Source of the DNA: Aggregatilineales bacterium
GTDB taxonomy: Bacteria > Chloroflexota > Anaerolineae > Aggregatilineales > Phototrophicaceae
Assembly: GCA_038214955.1 (NCBI GenBank)
Contig: JBBQRJ010000001.1
Coordinates: 1 to 39,854, forward strand
Direction: 5' to 3'
Length of the DNA: 39,854 nucleotides
Part shown: piece by piece, positions 29,185 through 38,810 of the stretch
How the letters are laid out: every line of letters starts with the position of its first letter
Numbering within the stretch: the first letter of the stretch is position 1
Notes under the pieces: generated by a model
The model's input: the letters and a program-made list of their open reading frames with translations, nothing else
Told to the model about the DNA's origin: nothing
The model's database searches: none
Made by a program: the position numbers and the translations under genes

Positions 29185-29847
29185 CTAGCCATACCTTTCG
29201 ACAAAACGTTGTAAGTCCAATAAATCATCGAAGCGTTGTTCCAGTAAGGATCGATCCCAGTCCCACCATGCAATGCGGAGCAGTTTTTCGATCACCTCAT
29301 CGCTAAAGCGTTTACGGATCGGTTTGGCGGGAACGCCAGCGACAATGTTATACGGCTCAACATTTTTGGTGACTACCGCCCCTGCACCAATAACCGCACC
29401 TGTCCCAATTTCGACTCCCGGCATGATCGTCGCATTGTGTCCAATCCACACATCATGCCCAATCACACATTGATGCGCCCGCCGCCACTCGAAGAATTCC
29501 ACGTCGTCTTCGCCAAAGCCGAACAATTTTCGGCGGTAAGTCATGTGATGCTGTGTGACGCGCTCCATCGGATGATTGCCGGGATTGATGCGAACATGCG
29601 AGGCAATGGAACAGAACTTTCCAATCTTCGCGTAAATGATTTGCCCATCCCCGGCGATATAGCTGTAATCATCGAAGCTCGATTCGCTGATGAGGGTATT
29701 TTCACCGATTTCCGTCCACGAGCCAATCTGTGACTCGTGAATCACAGCGGACGGATGGATAAAGGGGAGTTCACCGAGTTTCTTTTCCGTGTGATCGGGT
29801 TTAGGCAAATTGGATTTTGGGAACATATCGATGTAGTGTAATGTCAT
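29185..29847 (-). CDS. Hexapeptide-repeat (CatB/Vat-like) acyltransferase associated with phosphonate metabolism
   Basis: [46 protein letters not shown] and IAWWDW; overlaps the phnM stop. Confidence 0.85.
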   Translation of the reverse strand: MTLHYIDMFPKSNLPKPDHTEKKLGELPFIHPSAVIHESQIGSWTEIGENTLISESSFDDYSYIAGDGQIIYAKIGKFCSIASHVRINPGNHPMERVTQHHMTYRRKLFGFGEDDVEFFEWRRAHQCVIGHDVWIGHNATIMPGVEIGTGAVIGAGAVVTKNVEPYNIVAGVPAKPIRKRFSDEVIEKLLRIAWWDWDRSLLEQRFDDLLDLQRFVERYG

Positions 29848-31040
29848 GATCCGATGGGGACGCTCGTTGGTTGCATAAACCGGAGTGCTGTGCTATCGGA
29901 ATAGACGAGTGCGCCATTGCAGAAAGTCGCTCGTACACGAGGATAAGCGCCTTCTTCCAGAACGACAATATCCGCACGGCAGCCCACAGCGATTCGTCCG
30001 CGATCATGCAGTCCCACTGCATTTGCCGGATTTGCTGTGATCAACTTGACACTTTCGTGCAGAGGCAGAATTCTGTTGTGCGCCAGTTTGAAAGCGGCTT
30101 GGAGCGGTGCAGCCGGAAAATAGTCCGTTGCCAGAATATCGACAACGCCCGCTTGAATCGCTTCTAGGGCGCTTAAATTTCCTGTATTTGATCCCCCACG
30201 AAAGGCGTTCGGCGCTCCCATGATCACGTGCAGTCCACGTTCACGCGCAGCATAGGCGGCTTCCAATGTGACCGGGAACTCGCTGATCGTCACGCCCATC
30301 TCGGCTTGATCATGTACTTTCTGTACGGTGTCATCGTCGTGTGAGGCGATCACAATGTGATGCTCTCGTGCAACGCGCAGTACATCACGCACCACTGACC
30401 AATCGCGTTCCGCCTCTTTCAATTCTGCGATCCGCTGTTTGATCCGGTCAGCGATCGGCTCGACTTCATCTTCTGTGAAGCCGATCCACTCCGTAAGGAA
30501 TTGAATGTAGCGATTCGCGTCGCTGTACTGCCCCTGTCCCGGCTTGTGATCCATAATCGACACGAGATCGATTTGTTTTCGTTCCAGAAGATCGGTCAAG
30601 ATTGGGACAGTTTCTGGATTATTCACTTCAAACCGTGCGTGAACTTTGAAGTCGGCAAGCAGAACATCCCGCATATCATTCACCACGCGGATAATCTCTA
30701 CCGCCTTTTCCTGCCCACGAAGATCGTTGCTGTGCCATGCAAACCCAACGGCGGCGTAAGCGGTTGTGATGCCTGTGCCAACCAAGCGTTTATCCAATTC
30801 GTGAATTGCCATCTCAACCGGGAATTCGGCGCGAGGGCGCGGCTCGATGTCGCGTTCGAGCATATCGCCATGCAGATCAATAATACCGGGAATAGCGGTC
30901 AAACCGCGTAAATTGATTGCATTGGAGGGAGCAATGCCTTCACGGATTTCCTCAATGCGTCCGTCCTCAATGCGTAGAGCGCCGCTCTCAACGACGCGAT
31001 CTGGCAAAACCAATCGAAGATCACTCAACCACATAATCAT
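29844..31040 (-). CDS. phnM: alpha-D-ribose 1-methylphosphonate 5-triphosphate diphosphatase
   Basis: [35 protein letters not shown] and ATDY motifs. Confidence 0.95.
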   Translation of the reverse strand: MIMWLSDLRLVLPDRVVESGALRIEDGRIEEIREGIAPSNAINLRGLTAIPGIIDLHGDMLERDIEPRPRAEFPVEMAIHELDKRLVGTGITTAYAAVGFAWHSNDLRGQEKAVEIIRVVNDMRDVLLADFKVHARFEVNNPETVPILTDLLERKQIDLVSIMDHKPGQGQYSDANRYIQFLTEWIGFTEDEVEPIADRIKQRIAELKEAERDWSVVRDVLRVAREHHIVIASHDDDTVQKVHDQAEMGVTISEFPVTLEAAYAARERGLHVIMGAPNAFRGGSNTGNLSALEAIQAGVVDILATDYFPAAPLQAAFKLAHNRILPLHESVKLITANPANAVGLHDRGRIAVGCRADIVVLEEGAYPRVRATFCNGALVYSDSTALRFMQPTSVPIGS

Positions 31041-31737
31041 TCTCCGTTGTCGGCAGTGTCAGCCGCACTTCTTGATCAATGAGATGTTGTATTTCTTGGG
31101 GATGGTGAAAGATGCCGATGATCGCCACCCCTTGCATTTTCAATTCGCGCAACCGCGCCATAAGGGATACGCGGGCGGCGCTATCGAGCGAGGCGGTGGG
31201 TTCATCCAGCAAAAGCAAGCGGAAAGGGTGAATCAATGCCCGCGCCAAATTGACCTTTTGCTGCTCTCCGCCAGAAAACGTCGTCGGGTATGCGCCCCAC
31301 AAATCCTGTTTGAGTCCAAATGCGGACAGCATTTCACGCGCACGTTCCAAGGCTGGTTCGAGGTCACTCCCTGCATTTAACAACGGCTCTGCGACCAATT
31401 CCAACGCACTGACACGCGGACGCGGATTCAAGAACTGCGTGACGAAGCCAATTTCCTCACGGCGCAAAATCGCAATATCGACATCTGCCGCGCATACCAG
31501 ATCAATGCTGCCGCGCCACGATTGATAGTAGGCATGTCCACCTGTTGCAAGATAGCTCCGGTAAAGGCAGCGCAATAACGAGGATTTCCCCGCCCCATTG
31601 ACGCCGCTCACGTGGATGAATTCACCCTCGTCTACCGTAAAATCAAGCCGATCAAATACGGGGATTTCGCGCCCCAGGTGATGAATGAAAAACCGCTTTT
31701 CTAAACCTTCAACTTGTAAGAGACGCACTCTTGTCAC
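31021..31737 (-). CDS. phnL: C-P lyase ATP-binding subunit PhnL
   Basis: GVNGAGKS, VTQFL..PR, PTTFSGGEQQKVNLAR, LLLDEPTASLD and GIFH. Confidence 0.93.
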   Translation of the reverse strand: MTRVRLLQVEGLEKRFFIHHLGREIPVFDRLDFTVDEGEFIHVSGVNGAGKSSLLRCLYRSYLATGGHAYYQSWRGSIDLVCAADVDIAILRREEIGFVTQFLNPRPRVSALELVAEPLLNAGSDLEPALERAREMLSAFGLKQDLWGAYPTTFSGGEQQKVNLARALIHPFRLLLLDEPTASLDSAARVSLMARLRELKMQGVAIIGIFHHPQEIQHLIDQEVRLTLPTTENDYVVE

Positions 31738-31740
31738 CTT

Positions 31741-32562
31741 TCACAATTTCGCGTGGACAAGCTGCTGCGTATAAGCATCTTGCGGGTCGTTCAATATTTG
31801 ATCCGCCAGCCCCACTTCGACGATGCGACCATAGCGCATCACAATCACACGATCCGACAGGGTGCGAATCACACCGAGATCGTGCGAGACAATCACAATC
31901 GTGATATGGCGTTCGCGCTGCAAGCGTTTCAACGTATCGAGTACCAACGCTTGAACGGACACATCTAAGCCTGTCGTTGGCTCATCTAACAACAAAAGCT
32001 GTGGTTGTAGCGCCAATGCTTTCGCCAGTTGGACGCGCTGCTGCATCCCGCCGGACAGCACACGCGGCGGATCGTCCATACGATCAATTGGAAACTCTGA
32101 CGCAAGGAGCGAAGTCCGCGCTTTCGTCCGCAGCGTTTCGTAACGACGTTCCCCCGTGATCAAGAGGCGTTCCGCGACATTGCCGCTGCTGGTGAAGTTC
32201 ATCCGCAAACCCAAGAATGGGTTTTGATACACCATGCCAATGTGCTGGATTTGTACTTCGCGCCGTGCGAACCGATCCAGCGCGAACAGATTTTGCCCCG
32301 TCACGCCGGGAATGTTGAGCGTATATTCCCCTGTTTCTGGCTGTTCTTCGAGATTCAACAGGCGCAAAAGGGTGGATTTGCCTGAACCCGATTCCCCGAC
32401 AATCCCCAACACCTCGCCGGGATAAACTTCAACGTCTGCCGATTCCACCGCGTTGACGTGGCGGTAGCGTTTTGTCACACCCACCGCCCGCAGCATGGGT
32501 GGCGCATCGACAAAGCGCGGCGGGTCAAGCGGATAGGATCGGTGGTTTGAGATAGCCGTCAT
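31741..32562 (-). CDS. phnK: C-P lyase ATP-binding subunit PhnK
   Basis: GESGSGKS, GNVAERL, SGGMQQR, DEPTTGLDVSVQA and DPQDAYTQQLV. Start chosen at ATG 32562 (GAGGG upstream); upstream ATGs extend to 32586. Confidence 0.92.
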   Translation of the reverse strand: MTAISNHRSYPLDPPRFVDAPPMLRAVGVTKRYRHVNAVESADVEVYPGEVLGIVGESGSGKSTLLRLLNLEEQPETGEYTLNIPGVTGQNLFALDRFARREVQIQHIGMVYQNPFLGLRMNFTSSGNVAERLLITGERRYETLRTKARTSLLASEFPIDRMDDPPRVLSGGMQQRVQLAKALALQPQLLLLDEPTTGLDVSVQALVLDTLKRLQRERHITIVIVSHDLGVIRTLSDRVIVMRYGRIVEVGLADQILNDPQDAYTQQLVHAKL

Positions 32563-33475
32563 GGTAGAAATTACCCTCATCATCATAATAGGTTGCGCCC
32601 ACCGTCACCTCTTCGCCCGCACGACTCGCCGCTAACTTGAGCGCATAGCCGCTGTCCGACAGGTCATAATCTACCGTGCCATCGGGTTGGGGGAGTTCGT
32701 TCATGAATTTATTGGTCACGCCCGTCGTTTTGCACACACGCCCGCTCTGGTCTTCGACCTGAAACGGAATGTCCTCAAATTCGAGGGGATAAACATCCGT
32801 ATAAGGTGGCACAGCATAAAGGCGTTTCTCACGTCCTGCCGATAGGAGCGTCAAGTGTGCTGCCTGATGCAGTTTCGGGTTATCCCAACGTGGGATCGGG
32901 CTTGGGCTGATCATGTAGCGCCCGCCGACCATCGCCGGATAGCTTGCCCCCTGTACGTACTGCTTATAGCGGACAAGTTGTTCATACAGCACCAGCCACA
33001 TTTGACCGTAATCAGCGTCGGCGTGCATTTCTCGCGCCCGCGAAATCTCTGCTTCAACAGCGCGTAAGGGTTCGGGGTCAGGCACTTGTAGGATCAAGGC
33101 TTGCCCTTCAGACAGGATTTCTTCGGGGATACGGTGACGACTCTGGATGAGCGTGGCTTCTACGGCATCCGTCGTCGTCTGCGCTCCGCTCATGCGGGCG
33201 ATGAAGCGGCGAAGGTTCGCGGCATTGACCGAATCGTCTGCGCCCTGATCGATCACCTTCACGATGCTTTCGGGTCCCACCAGACTCAGCGTCACTTGCA
33301 AACCGCCTGTCCCCCAACCCCGCGCAATCGGCAGTTCACGACTGGCATACGGCACCTGGTAGCCGGGAAGGGCAATCGCTTTGAGGATGCGGCGGCGCAG
33401 CTCACGTTTAGCATACGGATCAAGATAGGCATAACTGTAATCGGACTGAGGCGTCGTCAGTTGTTCAAGCATCAT
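32525..33475 (-). CDS. phnJ: PhnJ C-P lyase catalytic subunit homolog lacking the Fe-S cysteine motif
   Basis: YAYLD...KAIALPGYQVP, GWGTGGLQVT, KVIDQGADD, RHRIPE, QVP.PEPLR, PSPIPRWD and AGREKRLYAVPPYT. Only one Cys in the protein. Confidence 0.93.
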   Translation of the reverse strand: MMLEQLTTPQSDYSYAYLDPYAKRELRRRILKAIALPGYQVPYASRELPIARGWGTGGLQVTLSLVGPESIVKVIDQGADDSVNAANLRRFIARMSGAQTTTDAVEATLIQSRHRIPEEILSEGQALILQVPDPEPLRAVEAEISRAREMHADADYGQMWLVLYEQLVRYKQYVQGASYPAMVGGRYMISPSPIPRWDNPKLHQAAHLTLLSAGREKRLYAVPPYTDVYPLEFEDIPFQVEDQSGRVCKTTGVTNKFMNELPQPDGTVDYDLSDSGYALKLAASRAGEEVTVGATYYDDEGNFYHDGYLKPPILSA

Positions 33476-34554
33476 GATCCTGCCTCTGGAACGGGTTTCG
33501 CTTCGGCGGCGTACATGGTGTTAATCACTTTACGGATGTTGTCCAAACTGCTGGCAAAGGTCACGTAATGGGGCAGTTTGAAATGGATACAAAAGCCCGA
33601 CGCCTCGACAGGTTCGGTGTGATACATAACAAATTCTTCGCGGTGGGCAGGATGAGGATTCGCCGCGTTCATTTCGAGATCGAGCGTTGCCCCCGCGATC
33701 AGCTTGACCTCGTTCCAACCCATTGTTGCCGAAAAACCAAGTGTGAATCCCTGCTTATTATCTGCACCACCGTTGTTGACGACCTCACAATGACTCACAC
33801 GCACACGCCCCGCGCTGAACACTTCTCCCGTCACCGGATGCTTGAGTTCAACCTCAGCATACCCTAGTCGTAACTCATTGACTGTCGGGTGAATCAACCC
33901 GTAGCCGCGCATACTCGCATAACCCAACGCGAGGATGCCACCTGTATCGGCACGGGCTAACGCTTGTAGTCGATGCGCTCTCGGCGCGGGGAAGGTGACG
34001 GTATCCGTTGTCACATCGGGGATTTCAGTTGCCTCGGTGATGTCTAGGGGGGCGTCGGGAAGTAGATTATTTTCACGATGCCAGTCTGCTACCGCCGGAT
34101 AGACTCGCGGTGCGGGCGACTCAGCGGGTTCAAACGTCTGATCCTCAGATGGACGACCTTCGAGAACGTTCATTTTCAGTAGGCGATGACTGTAATCCAA
34201 CGTCGGACCCAAGACCTGTCCGCCGGGAATGTCTTTGAATGCCGCCGAGATGCGCCGTATCGTGAACAACTGATCGGCTGAACTTGGCTGTGCATAGGCG
34301 ATGCGCGGCTGAGTCGCACGGTAGGCGCGGAGCAGTAACACCGCTTCATACAGATCGCCGCCCGTTTGGGCAATCGCCAGCGCCGCCAGTTCAGGCGAGT
34401 ACAGCGACCCTTCGCCCATGACTCGATCAACGAGATAGGGCAAGTTTCGCTCAATCGAACGCACTTGCTCTAAGGTGATGTCTCCGTTGAGCGATAGATA
34501 GAACTTTTCCGCGTTCTGGATCGCTTCTTCGCCACCTTTTGCAGCGACATACAT
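33472..34554 (-). CDS. phnI: C-P lyase subunit PhnI
   Basis: MYVAAKGGEEAI, DRVMGEGSLY, RRISAAFKDIPGGQVLGPT and HFKLPHYVTF. Confidence 0.95.
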   Translation of the reverse strand: MYVAAKGGEEAIQNAEKFYLSLNGDITLEQVRSIERNLPYLVDRVMGEGSLYSPELAALAIAQTGGDLYEAVLLLRAYRATQPRIAYAQPSSADQLFTIRRISAAFKDIPGGQVLGPTLDYSHRLLKMNVLEGRPSEDQTFEPAESPAPRVYPAVADWHRENNLLPDAPLDITEATEIPDVTTDTVTFPAPRAHRLQALARADTGGILALGYASMRGYGLIHPTVNELRLGYAEVELKHPVTGEVFSAGRVRVSHCEVVNNGGADNKQGFTLGFSATMGWNEVKLIAGATLDLEMNAANPHPAHREEFVMYHTEPVEASGFCIHFKLPHYVTFASSLDNIRKVINTMYAAEAKPVPEAGS

Positions 34555-34555
34555 A

Positions 34556-35098
34556 CTATTTCGCTCCGATTCGCGTGCTGCGCGGAATGCCGATCACGTC
34601 CTGACCGCTGACCAAGAAAATGTCCCACCCTAACGGGTAACGGATGATCTGCTGGCGAAGCGTCCAGAATTCAGCGGGAATGCCGCCTATAGTGATGGTG
34701 TAGACACCTTGAATGCCCGCGCCGCTGAGGTCAACCGTGCTGCCCTGCCCCAACGTGCATCCGATGACAAGCGTAGCCGATTGGTCGGGATATTGCATCG
34801 TTCCCACACTGGCATTTTTGAGTTCGCCCAGGTGGTCAACCGTCAGCGCGGGGTAGAAGTGATAAGCGGCACGACCCGACGGCAGCGAACGTGCGCCCGT
34901 ATGACGCAGTACGGTTTCCAACTCGGCATCGGGCGTATAGAAACTCGTTTCAAGATCGAGCAGCGCCGCGCCCATATCGGCATAAGGGCTGCTCGTGGAT
35001 AATCGTTTTGATCTGCCGGGATAACTCAACGCCCACATCAACGCGAGGAAGGTTTCGCGGGCGCGGGCTTCGGCAGAGGTATATAGGGGAACGTTCAT
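34556..35098 (-). CDS. phnH: C-P lyase subunit PhnH
   Basis: FLALMWALSYPG, LLDLET, GT.QYPDQSAT, YPLGWD and IPRST. Confidence 0.9.
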   Translation of the reverse strand: MNVPLYTSAEARARETFLALMWALSYPGRSKRLSTSSPYADMGAALLDLETSFYTPDAELETVLRHTGARSLPSGRAAYHFYPALTVDHLGELKNASVGTMQYPDQSATLVIGCTLGQGSTVDLSGAGIQGVYTITIGGIPAEFWTLRQQIIRYPLGWDIFLVSGQDVIGIPRSTRIGAK

Positions 35099-35523
35099 TA
35101 AAACGTCTCCAGTTCTACGCGGGTGGCTTCGACAGCGCGTAAAAGTTGCTCATCTGTTTGGGCTTGGGTATTCGCCTGTGCTTCAACAAAGGCGAGGATC
35201 ACATCACGCAGGATGTTCGCGCTGATCGCTGCATCAAGCAGGGCAACCGCCAGCGATTGTTCTAAGTCGCGCCCCATGCACACCGCATAGCCCTGTGTGC
35301 CGCCGCTGATTTGCACATGCGATTCGGTCACAAGGATTTCGCCAAGATGAAATAGTGTGCCTTTTGACGGATCAGTGTAAGGAAGCATGACGAGTCCGCT
35401 TCGGTTGGTGATCACGGTGATCTCGCCTACTTGCGGGATAACATTCTCTGCAAGGGATTTGACAAGATCGGCGGGGGCATGGGTGAGAAGGGTTAAATAC
35501 TCTGCTTGCGAAAAATTGTTCAC
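35098..35523 (-). CDS. phnG: C-P lyase subunit PhnG
   Basis: GLVML, FHLGEILVT, GYAVCMGRD, ALLDA and ATRVELET. Confidence 0.9.
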   Translation of the reverse strand: MNNFSQAEYLTLLTHAPADLVKSLAENVIPQVGEITVITNRSGLVMLPYTDPSKGTLFHLGEILVTESHVQISGGTQGYAVCMGRDLEQSLAVALLDAAISANILRDVILAFVEAQANTQAQTDEQLLRAVEATRVELETF

Positions 35524-35548
35524 GACAGTAAACCTATTGGGTTATACG

Positions 35549-35587
35549 AAACAAAATGTGGGCGATCAAACTGTTTGATCGCCCACA
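35549..35587 (-). terminator. Rho-independent terminator between phnD and phnG
   Basis: tgtgggcgatcaaac-t-gtttgatcgcccaca is a 15-bp perfect inverted repeat, followed on the minus strand by TTTTGTTT. Confidence 0.75.
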
Positions 35588-35606
35588 CAACACTTAAAAC
35601 AGAGAT

Positions 35607-36659
35607 TTAGCGGGCGCCCAAGTCCAACTGCAAAAGGGTTGCAGTATCGCGCAGACCGTCATACAGGTTGTCCAGCGATTCCAAGCCCAAGAATTCGGTT
35701 GGATTCACGTAGTAGCGTTCCAGCGAAACAATCAATTCGGGATCGTTAGCAATGTCGAGCAGCGCCGTCTGAACGGCAGTCTTGAACGATTCCGGCAGAT
35801 CACCGCGCACGGCGAACGGCGTGTCAGGGATAACCGACGATTGGCTGAACACGACCACGTTACCATCGGGGCATTCAGCGTAAATCGCGTCAATTTCTTC
35901 CTGCGTCATGACTTCGTAGTAGGGGAATTCGCCTGTGTCCGCATTGTAACCGCACAGTTCGATTAAGCCTTCGTTCGCTTGCGCGACGAGGTTGCCATCG
36001 AAGGTTGCGCCTGCATCCGTGTTGCCTTCAACGACGCTCAACACCGACGAGGGGTGATTGCCTGCGAAAACAACCGTCGCAAATTCTTCGATCTGCGCCG
36101 GGTCAGTGAAGCCCATCGAGGTCATGATGTCGGTTGCGGGGATCAGATAGCCGCTGGTGGAAGCCGGGTCAGTGAACGAGAATGTGCGTCCTTCCAGATC
36201 AGCAACGCTGGCAATGCCCGAACCCTTGACCGTAAACAGGAGGCTGAAATAACCGGGGACGAATTCCGTTTCCGGGTTTGTTGCTTCTTCCAACGTGATG
36301 CCTTCTTGGAAGTTGGCAACCGCAATCGCTTCGGCGTTGGCTTCTTGAGCGGCGAGGACATACGAGAACGGACCGACTTCCATTGCATCGGCGCGACCCG
36401 CACGCATCGCTTCAATCACGGCGGTGTAGCTTGTACCCGTGATCAAGACTGTGCGAACACCCAACTGGGTCTCCAGATAGACGCGCAGGGGTTCAACCGA
36501 TGACAGGGCTTCTTCCACGTTATCGCCGGGGTACACACCAACGATGAACGTTTCGGGCCAACCCATGCGATCCGTTTCGGGGGTATCCTGAGCCGAGACG
36601 CTCAGACCGAACGCGACGAGGACGAGAATCATTGCAAAGACGATACCGAATTTCTTCAT
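35607..36659 (-). CDS. phnD: Phosphonate ABC transporter substrate-binding protein
   Basis: Signal peptide MKKFGIVFAMILVLVAFGLSVSA; SYTAVIEAMR, GPFSY, DPASTSGYLIP and FAGNH; AGAAAGGGA RBS. Confidence 0.9.
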   Translation of the reverse strand: MKKFGIVFAMILVLVAFGLSVSAQDTPETDRMGWPETFIVGVYPGDNVEEALSSVEPLRVYLETQLGVRTVLITGTSYTAVIEAMRAGRADAMEVGPFSYVLAAQEANAEAIAVANFQEGITLEEATNPETEFVPGYFSLLFTVKGSGIASVADLEGRTFSFTDPASTSGYLIPATDIMTSMGFTDPAQIEEFATVVFAGNHPSSVLSVVEGNTDAGATFDGNLVAQANEGLIELCGYNADTGEFPYYEVMTQEEIDAIYAECPDGNVVVFSQSSVIPDTPFAVRGDLPESFKTAVQTALLDIANDPELIVSLERYYVNPTEFLGLESLDNLYDGLRDTATLLQLDLGAR

Positions 36660-36693
36660 GCGATCCCTTTCTAAACAGGTCAAAAAATGCGTG

Positions 36694-37773
36694 CTAGATG
36701 AAACGACTCCGCACGTAGTTACTGAAACGGTCAATGACCGTGACAGCGATAACCAATATGATCACCGTACCCATCATCTTGTCGTACTGGAACAAGCCCA
36801 TGTACTTTTGCAGTTCGAAACCCACACCGCCCGCGCCGACATAACCCAAAATCGTCGCGTTGCGGACGTTATGCTCGAAGTAGACGAGGGAATACGAGAT
36901 CAGCAGCGGGACGGCTTGCGGTAGCACCGCATACATAAACGTTTGAATGCCGCCCGCGCCTGTTGCTTGTACGGCAAGCACCTGCTGCGGATCAATTTGT
37001 TCGATGGCTTCTGCGAATAGGCGAGACAGTGAGCCAACCGAACCGAAGATGATCGCCAATACGCCGGGAAAGGGTCCCAAACCGACGGCGGCAACGAAAA
37101 CCAAGCCGTAGATCAGTTCGGGGACGGAGCGCAGCGTATTTAAGACAAGGCGCGTAATTTGATAAATAGTGGGGTGTGGCGATACGTTTTTCGCCGCCAA
37201 CAGCGAGAACGGGATGGCGAGTAACACCGCGCCAATCGTGCCGATGATCGCCATTTGAATAGTCTCAACGACGGCGGTGACAATGGTGGGCCAGCCAATC
37301 GTGATTCCGGTGGCGTTGATCACATAGCGCACGGTTTCGACACCCGCATTCCGAATCAGCGAGATTCGTTGAGGTAAGTCGCGCTGCAATACCGGAACAG
37401 GTTGATCGCCTACATAGATGAACAGGCGATCTGTCGTGGCATAGGCGTTTCGGATAGCAACTTCCGCATCTGCTATTGAAACGCTCAGTTCTTCGCCGCC
37501 GTTGAGGAATGTCCGCTCTGTGCCACGCCCAAGCTCAAATTCGGGCGGAAACAACCGCGTGATGAAATTCCACACATCCGGTAAGCCTTCAACCAGCGTA
37601 CCCAAGCTGGTTTCCGTTCCGTTGACACTCCATGTCAGCAGACCTACCACGAGGAAAAACAGGATCACCACACGCCAGCTCAAGCTAGGAATAGGGCGTA
37701 GCAGTTGTTCGCGCAAGATTTCCGGCGAGACAGGGACAGGGGTTGGTTTAGCTGTGACTGTTTGATTGGTCAT
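36694..37773 (-). CDS. phnE: Phosphonate ABC transporter permease
   Basis: ETIQMAIIGT, RSVPELI, GLGPFPG, FAEAIE and FEHNVRNATILGYVGAGGVG. Confidence 0.92.
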   Translation of the reverse strand: MTNQTVTAKPTPVPVSPEILREQLLRPIPSLSWRVVILFFLVVGLLTWSVNGTETSLGTLVEGLPDVWNFITRLFPPEFELGRGTERTFLNGGEELSVSIADAEVAIRNAYATTDRLFIYVGDQPVPVLQRDLPQRISLIRNAGVETVRYVINATGITIGWPTIVTAVVETIQMAIIGTIGAVLLAIPFSLLAAKNVSPHPTIYQITRLVLNTLRSVPELIYGLVFVAAVGLGPFPGVLAIIFGSVGSLSRLFAEAIEQIDPQQVLAVQATGAGGIQTFMYAVLPQAVPLLISYSLVYFEHNVRNATILGYVGAGGVGFELQKYMGLFQYDKMMGTVIILVIAVTVIDRFSNYVRSRFI

Positions 37774-37782
37774 GGACGCACC

Positions 37783-38622
37783 CTAAATTACAAGCCGCTG
37801 CGGTTTGACAACTTCTCGAAGGACGGGAAAGTCCTCAACGTCGTCGCGTGCCGACTTATCTTTGTCAAAGCGGTAGATTTGATCCATCACATCGTCGGTC
37901 AAACCTTCGGGCGATCCGTCATAAACGACAACGCCCTGTGCGATTCCGATCAAGCGATCCGCGAACTGCTTGGCAAGTTCAACCTGATGAATATTGATCA
38001 GGGTTAACACGCCGTCTTCACGGGCAACACGGGCAAGGTCTTTCATGACCTGAACGCTAAGTTCAGGGTCGAGACTGGCAACGGGTTCATCGGCAAGGAT
38101 AATTTTGGGTTCTTGCGTAATGGCACGGGCGATAGAGACACGTTGTTTTTCACCACCGGAAAGCCGATCCGCACGGGAATGAGCGCGATGGAGCAGCCCC
38201 ACCCGTTCTAGACTGCGTAGCGCAATCCGCCGATGCTCACGGTTGAAGTAGAACAATAGGCTGCCGATCCCCTGGTTATAGCCCAAACGCCCGGTGAGGA
38301 CGTTGGTGATGGCAGGCAGCCGTTCAACCAGATTAAACTCTTGCCAGATAAACCCAACGTAACGGCGTGCTTGCCGGAGCTGTGACGCGCTCATTTGGGT
38401 AATATCTTCGCCATCTAACGAGATGCTGCCAGAACTCGGCTTTTGCAATCCGTTGATGCAGCGCAGCAGAGTCGATTTACCAGCACCAGAACGCCCAATA
38501 ATCGCAATAATCTCGCCTTGACGGGCGGAAATGGTGATCGATTTAAGGGCTTCATTTCCGTTCGGGTAGACGACGCGTAGATCAGTTACTTGCAGCATAC
38601 GCAGTACATTTCCTTCGCTCAC
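37783..38622 (-). CDS. phnC: Phosphonate ABC transporter ATP-binding protein
   Basis: [32 protein letters not shown] and [10 protein letters not shown]. Confidence 0.93.
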   Translation of the reverse strand: MSEGNVLRMLQVTDLRVVYPNGNEALKSITISARQGEIIAIIGRSGAGKSTLLRCINGLQKPSSGSISLDGEDITQMSASQLRQARRYVGFIWQEFNLVERLPAITNVLTGRLGYNQGIGSLLFYFNREHRRIALRSLERVGLLHRAHSRADRLSGGEKQRVSIARAITQEPKIILADEPVASLDPELSVQVMKDLARVAREDGVLTLINIHQVELAKQFADRLIGIAQGVVVYDGSPEGLTDDVMDQIYRFDKDKSARDDVEDFPVLREVVKPQRLVI

Positions 38623-38689
38623 TGAATCGCATCAGACGTGCAACGAACGCTACTCATTTGAATTTAGCGAACTTGGGAAGCGTAACCAG

Positions 38690-38733
38690 CGTGTATCAAG
38701 CACAAGCCAAGAAATGATTAAGAACCATGCAAG
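38690..38733 (-). promoter_or_regulatory. Candidate Pho-box array upstream of phnC
   Basis: On the minus strand, four units start with CTT at an exact 11-bp period (cttgcatggtt cttaatcattt cttggcttgtg cttgatacacg), next to an AT-rich tract. Confidence 0.4.
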
Positions 38734-38810
38734 TTATAATGATTAAAAATTAAATAATATTTGGCGGCGGTATCTTGAGATAGAATGCTCAAAAAAAGGA
38801 TTGAAGCCTC

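Noticed and set aside
32640-32740. Frameshift or selenocysteine recoding as the explanation for the missing PhnJ cysteines
   Set aside because: The frame stays alignable (G, E, SD and Y positions kept), and the codons at the Cys positions are ACG, CTG and GCG, not TGA.
36660-36734. Upstream extension of the PhnD ORF
   Set aside because: It overlaps phnE; the RBS and signal peptide indicate a start at 36659.
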